From: Antedon mediterranea | Lineage: Eukaryota > Animalia > Echinodermata | DNA: 64,000 nucleotides | Assembly: GCF_964355755.1 (NCBI RefSeq) | Contig: NC_092677.1 | Location: forward strand, 7,586,101 to 7,650,100 | Direction: 5' to 3' | Part shown: positions 25,971 through 40,700 of the stretch, one piece after another | Numbering within the stretch: the stretch's first letter is position 1 | How the letters are laid out: the number at the start of each line of letters is the position of its first letter | The notes under the pieces: generated by a model | What the model was told of the DNA's origin: nothing | The model's input: only the letters and a program-made list of their open reading frames with translations | The model's database searches: none | Translations under genes and position numbers: made by a program

Positions 25971-27804
25971 TACGAAGACACACAGGTAACACATCAAATA
26001 TAGTAATATTACGTAACTGTCATATTCCTAATTTATTCTACTAGATACTGACGTTTAAAAAAAGAAGACAGGAGTGTTCATGATAATCTAATATAGAAGG
26101 TAATTATTGGGGCTCTAGAAATAAATTATCTAAAACGCAATATTGAGTTAAAAAATAAGATATTGAATTATAATATTTATTTGAAAGAACTACTCTAAAT
26201 GTTATTTATTTATGAAGTAGGTATATTTTTTAACCCGAAGACATCGGATCGATTATTACATGACTCATCCTGCCACCAAATTAATTTATACAGAATCTTC
26301 GCATCATGTCATTATTATTTTCATGGCGAATCAATCTAGTTGAGAAGGTTTGCGAAAATGTGTTTTCCAAAATGGAAAATATGATTGGAGCAGGGAGTTG
26401 TTATTAGAACTCCCTGATTGGAGTGTCTCGTTTCGGTTGTTTTATAATTTTATTTTTCCATGTAAATACCAATGATAGGATAATATAAAATTGAAACATA
26501 CAAGGCTTGACAAATACATTTTTGTATTTGACGTTTAATAATCGCTTAAAAGTGGAAAAATTAATAGTTAAAAATGTCTAAAACGGAAAAGTACACATTT
26601 GTCATTTTAGAAACTTAAGAAAAATTGTACAAGGGATACCATGCAGCTTACAAACGTTACGAAAGACCAATATACTGTATACAAAAGTGCGTAAACACAG
26701 AATCACGAGAAGGAACATTAAATTTGCAGTTGAAATATTTAAATATACAAATTGGAACTAAATGAAGGTTTAACAAATATCATGACTGTCGATAAAATGC
26801 ATTTTTCTTTCTTAAAATCCCCACTGTATGTAATTTTCGGCGCATAAAAGTGCAGCGTACTACCAATACTAAAATGATTAGGCCTACAGTATTATTAACT
26901 ATCGTCACCAACAAATCTAGCATGTGCGTTTCCATTTCCATACCTATGGCCAGAATAACTTCTGGATCTCCGTAGTTTATACACAAGACGTATTCGATTG
27001 GTTTGATTTCTTTTTTGTTGTTTTCTATTCCGAGCAGTGCTGGTAGATATCGCTTAGTTTCATCAATCGAATACACCTTATGAATGAAAAGAAAAGGGAT
27101 TGGCATTTTTATTTCATTGTAAATAAATATGGATAAACACTGAGTATATTATTGTATTGGTAAATATTATTTTATGTTTATATAATATTGTGTTTAAGCT
27201 GAATACACTGTTGTACAAATAGGGTTATTTTTAGGGGATGATCTAGCCTGAGAATCCTCCACCTACTAGCTAGGTTTGCTAGTTGGCCTAGCTGGGCCTC
27301 TAGTAGTAGTAGTAGGCCCGGATTCCCGTAGGCCCTAGTAGTAGTTAGGCCTAGTAGAGTAGCCTAGCACCACCCTCGCGTACTGCATGCTTGACTGCTA
27401 GAAAGACTGAGGTGATAGCAGTATAGATAGGCCTAGCTAGCAGTGTAGGCAGATCAGGCCAAAAGTAGACTACTGTATTCCGCAAACTAGGCCTATTACC
27501 TATATATGCCATAACCGTAAAACAGGTAGAGAGCAATCTAAAAAAGCAGGCGGCCGTCCAGGAGGCACACTTCAAAAGTTAGTAAGTAAGTATTCTGATT
27601 GATGATGATGCTACCGCCCTGACCGAGTCAGCCAAATTGGCAAATACATTGTTTTCAAACTTTGTCCATTGCAAAAGTATTAAATATGGTACGTCACTAC
27701 GTGGTGTTTGCTTGAAATCAACAGCAAATATTTAAAATGATTGTTTTTTTTCTCTTATTGTTCTATAGCAATGTGTAAACTATTGTCAATTAAACTAGAT
27801 CAAC

Positions 27805-28950
27805 ATGCTGGAAGGTATAGGGGTGTTTGGTACAGGTTCCTTAGCTCGCATCAGTATTGCAGCTCTTAAATCCGTCGGCTTAAAGGTGGTTGCATTATGG
27901 GGACCAACGCAGTTGAAAGCCAAGGAAATAGCGTCTATGTTTGACATACCATTTTACACAGATAAAATCGATGAAGTTTTACTTCATAAAGAAGTGGATT
28001 TAGTTTGTATTACTAACCCACCTCATTTACATGCACAGGTGGCCTCGAAAGCGTTGAGTATCGGTAAACATGTTTTGTGCGGCAATCCTGCCGGGTTGAA
28101 TGAGCATGATGCTTTAAAAATGGTGGAAGCCGCACGTTACTATCCTCTGTTATCTTTAATGAGTCATGGACTGCGATTCGTTCCTGCATTTATGCAAATG
28201 AAGAAAGCAATCCAAAAGGGTGAGGTTGGAGAGGTCAATCTGTGTGATGTGCGGGTAGCTTGCGGGTCATTAGTTAAAGAAAAATTTAATTGGATGTGTG
28301 ATGAAAATATGGGAGGTGGTGTACTGAACACAATTGGATCCCACATTATTGATATAATTACATTTTTAACAAGTCAAAAAGCTGTTAAAGTACGAGGTAT
28401 GATGAAAACTTTTGTGACACAAACTGAACGGATTAACGGAATACGGCATATAACTAGTGATGATTTCTGTTGCTTTCAAATGGAGTTAAGTGATGGTGCT
28501 TGTGCAACGGTTACGCTTAATACTCATGTTCCGGGCCATTTTTCGCAAGAGGTGCTTATAGTTGGGTCAAAGGGTCGTCTTAGAGTGGAAGGTGCTGATC
28601 TTTATGGCCAATTATGTGGAAACAAAACAGAAACGTTGATGATTAGTGATACACAGCGTATAAATCACCAGTCGGATGGCATGGCAGGTAGCGCAGACTT
28701 GCCGTTGCCGTATTTAAAGGGTTTATTTAAACTTATTGATTCAGTAAAGGAATCATTTGAAAGAAGTCAGGAACGAAGGGATTGGAACACAGAACCAGTT
28801 GCAATGGCAGCTAACTTTGAGGATGCCCTCTACGTTCAGTATGTAATTGATGCGGTTCGTCAGTCTAGTCGCTCAGGGAATTGGGAAAGAATCATCATTA
28901 AAAACAAAGAAGCCAGTGAAAATCCGTTCCTCCAACCAGGTGGTTTATGA
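27805..28950 (+). CDS. GFOD1: glucose-fructose oxidoreductase domain-containing protein (Gfo/Idh/MocA family)
   Basis: 381-aa uninterrupted ORF; N-terminal Rossmann GVFGTG, ALSIGKHVLC, NWMCDENMGGGVLNTIGSHIID, RHITSDDFC, AANFEDALY motifs of GFOD1/2. Confidence 0.95.
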   Translation: MLEGIGVFGTGSLARISIAALKSVGLKVVALWGPTQLKAKEIASMFDIPFYTDKIDEVLLHKEVDLVCITNPPHLHAQVASKALSIGKHVLCGNPAGLNEHDALKMVEAARYYPLLSLMSHGLRFVPAFMQMKKAIQKGEVGEVNLCDVRVACGSLVKEKFNWMCDENMGGGVLNTIGSHIIDIITFLTSQKAVKVRGMMKTFVTQTERINGIRHITSDDFCCFQMELSDGACATVTLNTHVPGHFSQEVLIVGSKGRLRVEGADLYGQLCGNKTETLMISDTQRINHQSDGMAGSADLPLPYLKGLFKLIDSVKESFERSQERRDWNTEPVAMAANFEDALYVQYVIDAVRQSSRSGNWERIIIKNKEASENPFLQPGGL

Positions 28951-31900
28951 TGTAAATCACTGGATACTTTTAGAGACAGATCATTATTCTACTGCAGTTA
29001 CTGCAGTAGATTTTTAAACTTGCAAATGTTTTAGTTTGTTTCAATGTAAAAGTTTATGAGGCAGTTTGCAATAGATAGTGTGTACTGTGTATGATTACTC
29101 TAAAATTGCTAACTATTTAATTGCATAAACAGGTTACAGAGTCCAACCGGTAGTTGTAAATAATAACTACTTATTTTACTACCTGGTTCAACATCCCAAC
29201 TCTCCTTATAATCGCTGGATTTTGTGTCATCTCCCGCTCTAAATAAATTACAAAAAAAAAAATATCCCAAAATCAGACAATTCAAGTGAAATAATGAGTT
29301 GGCATCACATTTTCCTCCTTTGACATACCCATGTTTACTATTATTTATACTGTAGATGTATTTTCAAAATGTTATAGCGCCCTCTACAGTTTAGAAATGT
29401 TACATAAAACCCCATATTTTAGTATACTGCAGTAGAATAGAAACATTTTTTACTGTAAATTAAAAAAAAATGGTGCTTTTCTGAAAATATTACCATACCT
29501 GTTGTTCCTTCCCATTAATTACAGATTTATGTTAAAATCAGAAATATAATGGTAGTGTTTACTGTTATACCAGGGAGTTATAATTATGCAATTCAAACTT
29601 GCTTAAATATTTACATTGAAGACAGTGATAAAAGTTGTTGTATTTTAAAATCCTCTGAACATATAGGCCTACTGTATTACCTCACCTACATGTAGTACTC
29701 AGTAACTCGATAGCAAAAATGCAAAAATTATTTTATTGTTATTTAAATTTACTGTAAGCATATTTTTGGTAATATTATCCTGAGCAGGTGTTTTAGCAAT
29801 ACCCTTTGTTAGCATTTTGCTGTCTAAATATGAATAACATATTGAATGAATAATGATATTGATTGATACAATTTGTGAGAGATTTGCATAATTTATTTTA
29901 TTTTTTTATTAATAATTCTTCGTTTCATCCTATTAAATTATATAGTACTGTAAATTATTTTCATCCCACCTTGCATGTATCACCTGCCATCCAAAGGTTT
30001 ATATTTTACAAATTTGTATCCGATTCTATTGATGTTATTATTTAATGTTTTATAATTTTTTTTTCTATAAACTCATTTTCAATATTGGAAGAAAACATAC
30101 AAACCATTTACTTGATTTTATTTAAATTGTTATGAAATACTCTACGTAGTACAATAAAGAAAACAATTAGTAGGTCATTTTCACGGAATATCCAAATCAA
30201 ATTGGATACCAACTCTTTTACACATGAGCAACATAAAAGAATACACCCTTGGCTTCAACATAGCATGAAAGCATGTAACAGCCGGCCCCTAATTCCTATT
30301 TAGGTATTATTTCTAAACAGATAGAGTTTCTCTATTTCCAATAAAATGAAAATGTATTAAGTAATAAGTTGACCAGACATTTCCTCTGCCTTTTTATACT
30401 AAATGCAGAGCTAAATGTTACATTTTTAACTTTCTAGCCACATGGGCTAATGGGTACTGGCACTCATGCCACACTTTGATGAACAAGGTTTATTTGCAGT
30501 GAGAAAGCTTCTAGAAGTTATTTATCTTAATCACATTTTTTATACAATAGTAACCAGGGTGTTATATACAATATGAAAAACATACTACAGTAATTTATAT
30601 ACTTTTGAATCAAAATACAAATTAGGTTTTTAGTATATAATTTTTACAAACACAAATTTTATATTTTAGATTATTTAAAAAAAATTTGAAATATAGTACT
30701 ATTTTTGTTCACACACCCATGTTGATATTGTGATTTTGATGGTTAGGCCTACATTTGAACATGGTTTTTTCGCCAGCTTGTTTTAGCCAAATTGATAAAT
30801 CTTCTGTAAACTTTTCAGACAACAGAAATGTGATTATATGTCGTATAAAACAAAATATATTAATAGATAAAATACTGTTCTATTTTATGTGTTCAGTGCA
30901 ATTGTGCGAGATTTTTAATATGGAATTGTCACTCAAAACAACAAGATAACAGAACCAGGTTAAACGAAAATTAATTTATACATTTGTGAATTCATTTTTT
31001 TGTTGTTATTGCCAAATGTATAATGGATCATACATTTATATTGTTGTTTAGAATAGAATTAGTTAGCCCAATATTACGTGTGATAACTTTAATACAATAA
31101 TATATTTGTTGAATTTCTGATTAAATGATGATAGTGTATGACAAGCTATACATTTTTGTGGAGAATGCGATTGTTACCAATTAATGTTTTTCTGACTCCG
31201 AAATGAAATACAGTATCAAGCTCAAATATTTGTATGAAACGGCATATGTGCCATAATATTTATCTTTTTACTAATATTAAGTCAAAACTCCGTCTGTAAC
31301 CCAGACTACCAATTAAGCTACTAGAGAATAAAGTGGCGTTTATTTCTTACTTTTTTATATAGCGCCCTCTGATTCTTTCAAAATACTATCGCGCCCTCTT
31401 TCTTTTTAAAGCGCTGTATTTCATTTATTTGTTTGTCACAAGCTAAGCTCCCTCTATAAGGACACGAAACTCTCCAATATCTTAACAGTTGATATTATGT
31501 CAATCTTTCTTTCTAAGGATATTTGAATAATGGATGAGAACTTGCTGTGTTGGGAAGATTTTTACTTTGTTAATAATGTAGTAGCTTAAAAGACAAACAA
31601 TTTTAAGTGGTGTTTATTACTACATATTTATATAATGCCTTTTTAACTTTTAAAATCATCGTGCACTCTTTTGTTTGGAAAGTATAGGACTACTGTATTT
31701 TATTTACAGATTTCATTTCAATTAGTTGGCACAAACCTTTCACAGGAAACTGTAATAATTGTCCAATCTCCTAAAGCTAACAGTGTTCATTGTTTAGGCC
31801 TCTATTTTTGACAAAACAGCAGGTTGTTCATTTGTAAACCAACCAGATTTATGTTTCGATCTTGTGACATGTTTCATTTTGTAACCAAAACTTAATTAGT

Positions 31901-32087
31901 AGTTACTGTCGCAAATGATCAAAGTATACAAAACCGAAAGAGTATATTACTGTATTATAATCATGCAGAAATTGATCAAAACAGCATACTATACATACGA
32001 GGAAAGGTACAATTTTTTTCATTTCCATAAACAAAATATACAGGTCTCTCCAATTAAAGACCAATTTTGGGACTTGGTTTTCCAATA

Positions 32088-32300
32088 ATCCAAAAGATTG
32101 AGGTTGGAGAGGTTAGTCTTCGTGTGATGTACGGTTGCGGGTCACTAGTTAAGGAAACATTTTATTGGATGTGTGATGAAAATATGGTGTACTAAACACA
32201 ATTAGAACTCACATTATTGACATAATTACATTTTTAACAAGTTAAAAAGTCCGAGGTATGATGAAAACATTTGTGACACTTGCAATTAACGGAATACGGC
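32088..32300 (+). pseudogene. partial degenerate duplicate of GFOD coding sequence
   Basis: Aligns to ~28209-28447 (e.g. TTGGATGTGTGATGAAAATATGG, CGAGGTATGATGAAAAC) with several small deletions and stops. Confidence 0.9.
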
Positions 32301-32335
32301 TCAGGAACTTGTAACAGTCCTTTGATCTGATGTCT

Positions 32336-33122
32336 GGTTGCGACAAATACCAACAGTATCTGTTAAGGGGCGTGAGCTAATGAGATAATTATATAAATAT
32401 TCAGACGATTTTGAACTTCGAGAGAGCCTTGCGAGAACGAAGCGAGCAAACTGAGGCTGGGGGTGAAGTCCCCCTGGAAGCTGTGGCTTTTTAGAGTAAT
32501 GTAGGTAAAACTCTATCGAAGGTCACGAAAGTAAATTGTAACTGTTGGTGGTTGTTTATATCAAACAAATAACAGCAAAATAGAAAACTACAATTAAACT
32601 GGTTTAGGGAGATTTAAAAATATATTTTTTATTACCAGTGTAATGCGTGAATAACTTTCTCATGCGATTAGCTAGACACATGTTGTTTGCATATATTATG
32701 GTGAATTTTATTCCGTGAAATCTTATATTATTATTTTTAAACATTGCTGGATGTTAATAATAAATTTCAAATCGGATTATTTTCAATCTAGCGATCGCAT
32801 TGTGTGAGTTTCTTTGATTGGCAACCTGATTTATGATTTAAGATCGTGTATAAGGAACTTAGTTTTACAAAATAGGCATATTACGTTGCTGCTGATTTTA
32901 AAAAGGTATTGTGGTATTAAGAAAAGCAATTTTGAAACAGAAACTCAGCTGGCTGCGACAAATACCAACAGTATCTGTTAAGGGGCGTGGAACTGATCGT
33001 TTTGCAGCCACAGATAACCCCTCTGATCATCCTGTTGGTTGAGCTAGGTCCATACAACAGATTTTATGTTAAAAAATGTATTGTGGTATTCAGAAAAGCA
33101 ATTTTGAAACAAAAACTCAGCT
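32336..33122. repeat. local direct duplications
   Basis: GCGACAAATACCAACAGTATCTGTTAAGGGGCGTG at ~32340 and ~32955; GTATTGTGGTATT(A/C)AGAAAAGCAATTTTGAAACA..AACTCAGCT at ~32906 and ~33078. Confidence 0.8.
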
Positions 33123-34256
33123 TACTCCATCAAAACAAAGACGCAACAAAACCATAACCATTATTGCGTTTATGGTTATTAGAACATTATAGCATAAGTT
33201 CGGAGAAGAATCAGGAAATAAAAATATCGAGTATAATATTCTAGCAGAAACAAACAAATTCAACCATACAAACAAGGCATGTACGATATTGATTATATTT
33301 TTTTTATAGTGTAAAAATTCAACAGTATCAATAAAATATACATATTAATATATTACAAATTCATAAAAATAGTTTATAAAAAATACGTTAACCATCCACG
33401 AAATTTCATGTCGTATATTTAAATTAAGCTTTTATTAAAAGTAAAATAAGTGGATTGTACAATATTATTTTGTTGTGTCTGAAGGAATAATTATAGGCAT
33501 ATCTGCCTGTAAAAGGAGCGTTCATATACATACTACAGTACAGTACTACAGGAAAAAACAAAAAGAAAAAGTGAACTAATGTTACACATGGCTTAAACAT
33601 TAATTGAGACTGAGGTATTCTGTTCGTACGTATTTTACAGGCCTGAAAAATGTACTGTTATTAATCAGATATCAACAAGATCCCTAAGTTGTTGAAGCAG
33701 TGCATCCCTAGTTCATTTGAGTTCATGTATCGCATGTTTGTAATGAATTTTACAGATATTTCCTGCATGCAATACAGTAATGATCTGAACAATGTTGAAG
33801 CCATTTTGTTTTTAAACTACACGGTAGACCTATAGCATTTAACTGAAATGAGATTGGTAATAGGCCTACTACGGTAAAATCCCGTTTGTCGTCAGTACAA
33901 TTAGCATAATAGATTACTAAGGCATCATTATTTACAATTGGCTAATGACACAATATTATTTATGTAGGTACTGTACCAGTATAAATATAAATGAGCGGAC
34001 AAGGCCTAATTTGGTTGTATCTTCTCTTTTTATCTCAGCTTTAAAATATATTCCCAGTATAACTAGGAAAATTAAAATGAATGCAAGATAAATGAGGCCG
34101 AAGGGGAAGGGATGAAGTTGATCCTTGTTTTTTCAGAAATTACCTGTACTACCTGCAGCGACTTTACATATTGTTAATATTTATATTGACGTTATATACT
34201 GTAAATCATTAATGACGTTGTAAACGTAGGCATGACCACAGAAAGCAATGACGCAC

Positions 34257-34641
34257 TTAGAAAAAAAAACTCATTATGATGAGGCCGTCGTATGAAACGC
34301 CCCGAAGTGAAATACTACAGTTGTTTGAATTTGGTACAGATCCGTCTAAAATAATTAGTAAAATATTAAAAGTGGTCCAGAATTTAGTTCGTGGTCCGGA
34401 TTGCCTACACAATTTAATAGTCATCCGTAACCATATATCTATATGTGGTTTAAATTTGGTAAAGATATGTATTTTAGTATTTAGTGTTCTGGTAACAGAA
34501 AAATAAACAAACAAACGAACAAACAAACAAACAAATGAAAGTACTTTGAGAAATATTTCAACAGAGCCCATGTTAAAATAACATAGATTTTTCTTTTTTT
34601 ATGTGAAGTTTTCGCAATAACCTTCTTGGCGGGAGGTAATA
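34257..34641 (-). mobile_element. Helentron-associated (HINE/DINE-1-like) element
   Basis: Minus strand starts ATTACCTCCCGCCAAGAAGGTTAT, followed by a (GTTT)n microsatellite; the 3' boundary is uncertain. Confidence 0.5.
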
Positions 34642-34701
34642 ACAGTATTATAAAATTCAGACCAACAATTATTTAGATATCATAAATTAGTAATTCTTAG
34701 C

Positions 34702-37700
34702 CTAAGTTTTAATTAGCTGCATTGCATTCAAATCTAGATCTGCATATACAGTTGTAGAATCAGCTCTAGATTGCTTTCTTCCAGTTCCTGTTGTATGTTC
34801 GATTTCAGCGTAAAGTAAATTGACCTGAAAAAAGAATGCCACATTAGTGTAATAATCTTTGTACAATGTACAACGTTTTCCTCAATTGTAAAACAATATC
34901 TTAAAATTACAGTGTTTGAATGTATTAAATAGATTGTAGTTTAGCATTTCATTGCCTACTGTAAATATGCATATAAAGTCACCCAGAACAGACCTCTAGA
35001 ATAGACTACAAAATTGCTTTTTCATGTATAATATAGTTTAGAAAGGAAGAAAATTGAAAACCTTCGAACAAAAATAAACAAGATCTATGACATTGACATC
35101 AATAGGTTTAGAAACACCGACATAAACAAGTTTTTGTCATCACAATGATATTAAAACATTACTTAGTGTTGTCTTTTCAAGTCGAATAATGCATTAATTT
35201 ATCTAAAGATGGCCATATAATTTGAATTTGTATTTCTTTTGTTTTATGTAAAATGCATATTTATATATTTATCTCTATCGTTATCGTCCTAGTGTAAATG
35301 GGCCTTAAACCTACCTCTTTTCTTGGTGGTCGATGTTGTGGAAGAAACGGAACACGCGGAGGAACTGCTGGCACTTTGTTGGTTAAACTGGGTACAGGCA
35401 TTTCATGTTTTGGCTCAGCCTGGCTCCTAAAATTAAAAGACCATTAGTCAATAAAATATATTGATATATTGAATTTTGGGGTCTTCAGACTGTATTACTT
35501 TTTGACTGTCGAACATTTTATAAGTTGATATTGTCTAAAAAGGAAACTTGAATAATGGAAGGTGTTAGCCAGAGTTAATTAATAAATGAGTTACTTACAT
35601 ATGTTGAAGAGAATTTCTAAAACCAATAACTGAATTGGATGTTGATGATGGACCTGTAGGAAATTTATAAAGATTGTAGATAGTCAAATGCAGAATAAAA
35701 GAATCTGCATAACTTTAATAATAATAGCCTACTTTTATAAAATCAAAGACGGTATCAAATTGATAAAAAGTGTTCTGGATGACATATTTTATTATGATGA
35801 TATGATGTAACTTTACGTGAAGGGATAATGTCAATGTACTGAGCATTCAGTAAAGTTAAGGCAGAATTGGGCAACCATTTGACCGGTTTTATAATATTAT
35901 AAACGAAAAAAAAGCTGTTAAAAGCGAGTAAGTGACACATTTGTAATATTCATGTTTTATTCACGTGTAAACCAAGGATTCCCTCTCGATAGTGATTTAG
36001 TTATTATACCTCTGCAGTGTTTCGATGTTCTTTTTAAATGACAAATAAATAAAATGAAATATGTAATGGTTTATTAGGTTATAACTGTAGTTCATAATTA
36101 TGAACTAACATATTCTCTCTCTTTTTAGTCGCGTGGACGCGACTCTATAGTTCACTATGTCGGTCGGTCTGTCTGTCGGTCCGGTATCACTATGCGTTTT
36201 ATTGCTTTTCTGTACTTTTTGAACTGTTTTGATGTCAACATGTGGGCATTTACGTGAAATTGTGAACCTCCTATTGTGAATGACGTTAGAGTTGCGCAAC
36301 GTGATTTACGCGCGATTTAACGATTTTCTCGTATTTAACATAGGTCAAAAACCAAATAACATTTTAAATTGAAACTTTGCAAAAGTTTAATTTATATCAG
36401 GCGCTAACTTTCTGTTGAAAAAAAAATGTGTTTTACACAAAGTTACGCGCGCACGCGCATTTAAAATTTTAAAATGCGCAAAATTAATTTTTAATCAACT
36501 TTCTACGCGTTTCTTGTCATTTTGAGCATGTCAAAAATTCCCATACGCGCACAAATTTTTACGCGCGCGGTGCGCACGTAGCGTTAAATACATACTTTTT
36601 TCGCGTGATTTATGTTTTTGCAGCCTTTTCTAATGATTTTACCAACTTTTAAACAATTTCGACTTAAAATTACGTCATACGAGCACGTCGAATTAGATAA
36701 TTTGCGCACGTTTTTGATGAAAAAGTTCAAAAATTCGTCTAAATTATGCCTTTTTAGTCGCGTGGACGCGACTCTATAGTTCACTATGCCGGTCGGTCGG
36801 TCTGTCTGTCTGTCGGTCCGGTATCACTATGCATTGTAGCACGCGACTTAATGGCTGTTGGCCTTGTTATTACTGCATTAAAAAATGATTGGCATGGTTG
36901 CTCGTATAAATAAATGAAATTATATGATGGATGATCTTTATAACAGAATAAGGTAGGCCTATATTTTATTTCTTACCTGGGTTATCGCTTGACAAAACAG
37001 GTAAAGGAATGCCTAAATGCTCATTTTGTCTATAATCGTTTTCGACACTTTTCCTATTTAATTTTCTTTTAGAAATAGAAATAAAAGAATATTATTATAC
37101 GATTTAAATAAATCCAATTTAGTTGGTCTCATCAAAACTAGAATCTTTATATAAAATAATGAACTTTTGCTGTTAGTATGTAGTATAGGTCCGAGTTCAA
37201 GTTAATCTCGTTCCCTAGTCTTGATACAAATTAAATTTAAAAAAATTAATATACTCTCATAAAAACCAGGAACTTAAATATAAAGCACTTTCGTTATGAT
37301 TAAAATTAGAACAATTATTGTTTCAGATTTACTTTAGAATCGTTAGGTGTGTTATAACAAAAATAATGAATGTTTTGTGTTTGTTAAACGAAAAATATTT
37401 TTTATTTAAATATGCCTACACTCAATTTGTATTCGATATATCTTAAAATTGCATTGCAGAATAATGATCGAGACAACAAGTATATTGGTTATGAATTTCA
37501 CTTACCGGACACGTCCATTATTAATGGGGTTACCTAAATATAATAAAGTTGTAGTTAATAAATTATAGATTATGTTACATAATAAACAGTACTCTGTAGT
37601 TCTATTTCATAAGCCTCGATGTTTAAATTAGTAAAGGAGTAGCTATATCCTTTGAAATTAGATAATACCTTAAGAAACCTTGCATAATATTGGGAGTACA

Positions 37701-40700
37701 ATGACTTAGAGACAACCGAAAATAGAAAAAAACGTGGCAAACTGTTGATGCGTGTCCACATCATCTGAATATTTGTCAGTGTTTCAACATTTATTCAGTG
37801 TTGACTACCGAAGTTCCGTAATTCGCAATGAAGATCATGCATGTGCACTAATAATTGGTTAGAAATTCCGTTTTCGACCATTCACAGTTTAATTCTGTCT
37901 GTGGAACTTGATAGTTCGTTTCTTGTACGATACCTTGTTTTTTTTAAAGTTTGCTTTTTGAGAGAAACAGGGGTTAGACCGAGTGTCTAACAGTACTGTA
38001 TGTGGTAAATCGAATTGTGTCTAGTGGTGTCATCGACAATATAAAATTACCTGTCTTTTTCCACTTCTTGCAGGACAAAGTCACAATAATTATACCCACT
38101 AAAGATATAATGAGCACAAACCCTGAAAACAATCCAATCTTGAAGTAGGAGTCGTCTAAATAGTAATACATTAGAATCAAATAATTATGAACTTATTTGA
38201 ACAATTTGAATAGTTAACTGACCAAGTCTAAGTTGACTATCAGTATCAGTCGAATATCCCAAAACCAGGCTTTCCTTGAGGTAAAAAAAGTCCCAAATTC
38301 ATTTTTACCATTAAAACACATTCTGAACCAGAGTTTCTAGAAAACCAGACATATTAGGTCAGCCGGCCCAAAGCTGTCCGGTATTAGGAGAGTTGACTGT
38401 AATTGAAATAGTAATGGGCATGTTTAAACCACACCTGGTTGATGACAATAGGATTATTTAACGTACCTAGCCAGTGTAACGTAGGCCTATCAAAAATATC
38501 ATTGTTAGATATTTGGGTAACTGTACGCAATGTAGATATTGACTCGGTAGTCACCACATTACCTGGCTGTGGTACTTCAGTCGGCAAACCATTACCAATT
38601 GTCGAGGTGTAACTTTCAGAACCTTCAGAAAAAAAATGTCATTGTGTATTTGCATAGCGTAATCATTATTCCTGAATACAATTTTTTTTTAAAGTTTCAT
38701 AGTCATAATATGGAGGTTCACATGATTCACCTCGGCAAGCCCTGTCGTGAAATGAAAGGCAATGGTACATACGTGAAACATTTATGAATGTTGTAACATT
38801 CGCTGCACTTCTTTGTTTCTCAGGATCCACAGTGCATGTATAGTTGCCAGCTTCACTAGAAGTGATGTCAGTGTAGTTCAGGATTCTGTCATTGCTAACT
38901 GTTTCACCAGATTCAATATGTTTCCAAGTGTAAGAGGCAGCATACGGGTAGTTGGAAGAACAGTTTAAGATTACGTCATCTCCTTCAGATACATGGTATC
39001 CTAAGTATAATCTTTCTTTGTGGAGGAACTCAATTATGACTATAAAATAAATCATTTTAAAAAGAAGACGTAACTGTATTTTTTAGATTGCCGGTGTTAC
39101 CGGCTCTAAGTGAATTGAATTAGAAATATAAAGTTCAGTATTAAAACCTTTTCATTTTAAGTTTCTAATGTTGATAAAGTGCTGCCGGTTTGATTTAACA
39201 TTGTTATTTGTTCATAATGATTGGGCATTTATTTTCCATTATTTATACTAGTGTTCATACTCTAGACAGACTATATATTTGCATAATTGCAATACATCTA
39301 CAATTTTAAGGTGAAAGCTTATACCTTGCAGTTTAATGTGTCGGCTTTCAACTCCTGTTTCTTTATCTGTATAAAAAATAATATTTCATTATACCAAACG
39401 ATGGGAACTTTTCAAGTCAATCTAGGCCTATAATTATAAAAGATGTATAACTGCCTGGATGTAATATCGTAATTTTGTTTGAACAGCAACCTCTTACACG
39501 ATATTATTTATGCCGAATTTCCAAATTGAAAACAATCCTACTTACTGGCCGGTATGTTAATGTGTTTTATGTTTTAATGTACATCATTAGTTTCAAACTA
39601 TAATACAATTTTATTATTATAGTATACCTTTTATTTGAGACTGATTTACAATGCAATAAACACTTAAACCGTCATGCGTCCAATTTTGTATGATGTTGAC
39701 AGAATTGAAAACATCAAACAATGATGTGTCGTTCTTATTCGTGGTGTGGTTGTTTGTTTTACTAATCAACTCATGCCCTAATAATATCATAATTTGTCCA
39801 GGTGGTCTCATCCCATAACTGTAACAGTTTACTTTCGTTGTTTGTGAAACTGTGACGGAAACTATATTTTGATCGTTGAAATTCTCCGTGATGTTCGTAT
39901 CCAATTCAATAGTTGTCGAAGGAACTATAATAAATACAAATGTCATACAGTACAACCAAAATACAGTTTTACATAAATATTTCATTAGGGACACATCGCC
40001 TAAATTCATACTGACTATTTTACTCTTGCATGAGAATTTACATTCGTTTACCGACTCGAGCCTAAGTAAAAATGAAATCGCATTCGAGTTTTTGTTTTTA
40101 AATATATATAGTTCTATATAAACTTATCTAAACACGAGTTTACATGTTATTAGTGTGTATGCCTAAGCCAAACATTTCGTATTTGATTTAGGATTTATAC
40201 AGGATTACACAATCACGTAAAAGAAAACCTGTTTTGCATTGTGGTCCTGTCTTGAATACAACAATCCGTGACAAAAAATGTTTAGTTTTGTGAAGAAAAA
40301 AAATTACAACTAACCGTATACATTTAATGTGAATTGATAAAACTGTAGGAGAGCTTCATATATTAGTGAGCATTTATAAAATCCTGATGATGCTTGATCT
40401 CTAATTGACAATCGAAAGCGGTTAACATGGGTTAAGATGGTAATTTCAGCACCGTCTTCTTTAATGCAATGTGGTGTACACGCGCATACAGGCGATAGTA
40501 AAGTGAACGAGTAGGTGCTATCTCTTTCAACAAAATGATGTGATACTACCGATGAATTCAGCAGAATGGAATCCAGTTGAATTATGCCCATGTAATTAAA
40601 ACCTAAGCATATAGAGAAACATTATAAAAATAAGATATATTAAAGTGTAATATTACAAATTCATTTAGTTTCTCTTTCTATATTTTGTTGTAACAAATGT

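Noticed and set aside
26780-27575. ORFs of 108 and 74 aa between MsrA and GFOD
   Set aside because: No recognisable domain; they overlap promoter/intron sequence with TAGGCCTA low-complexity tracts.
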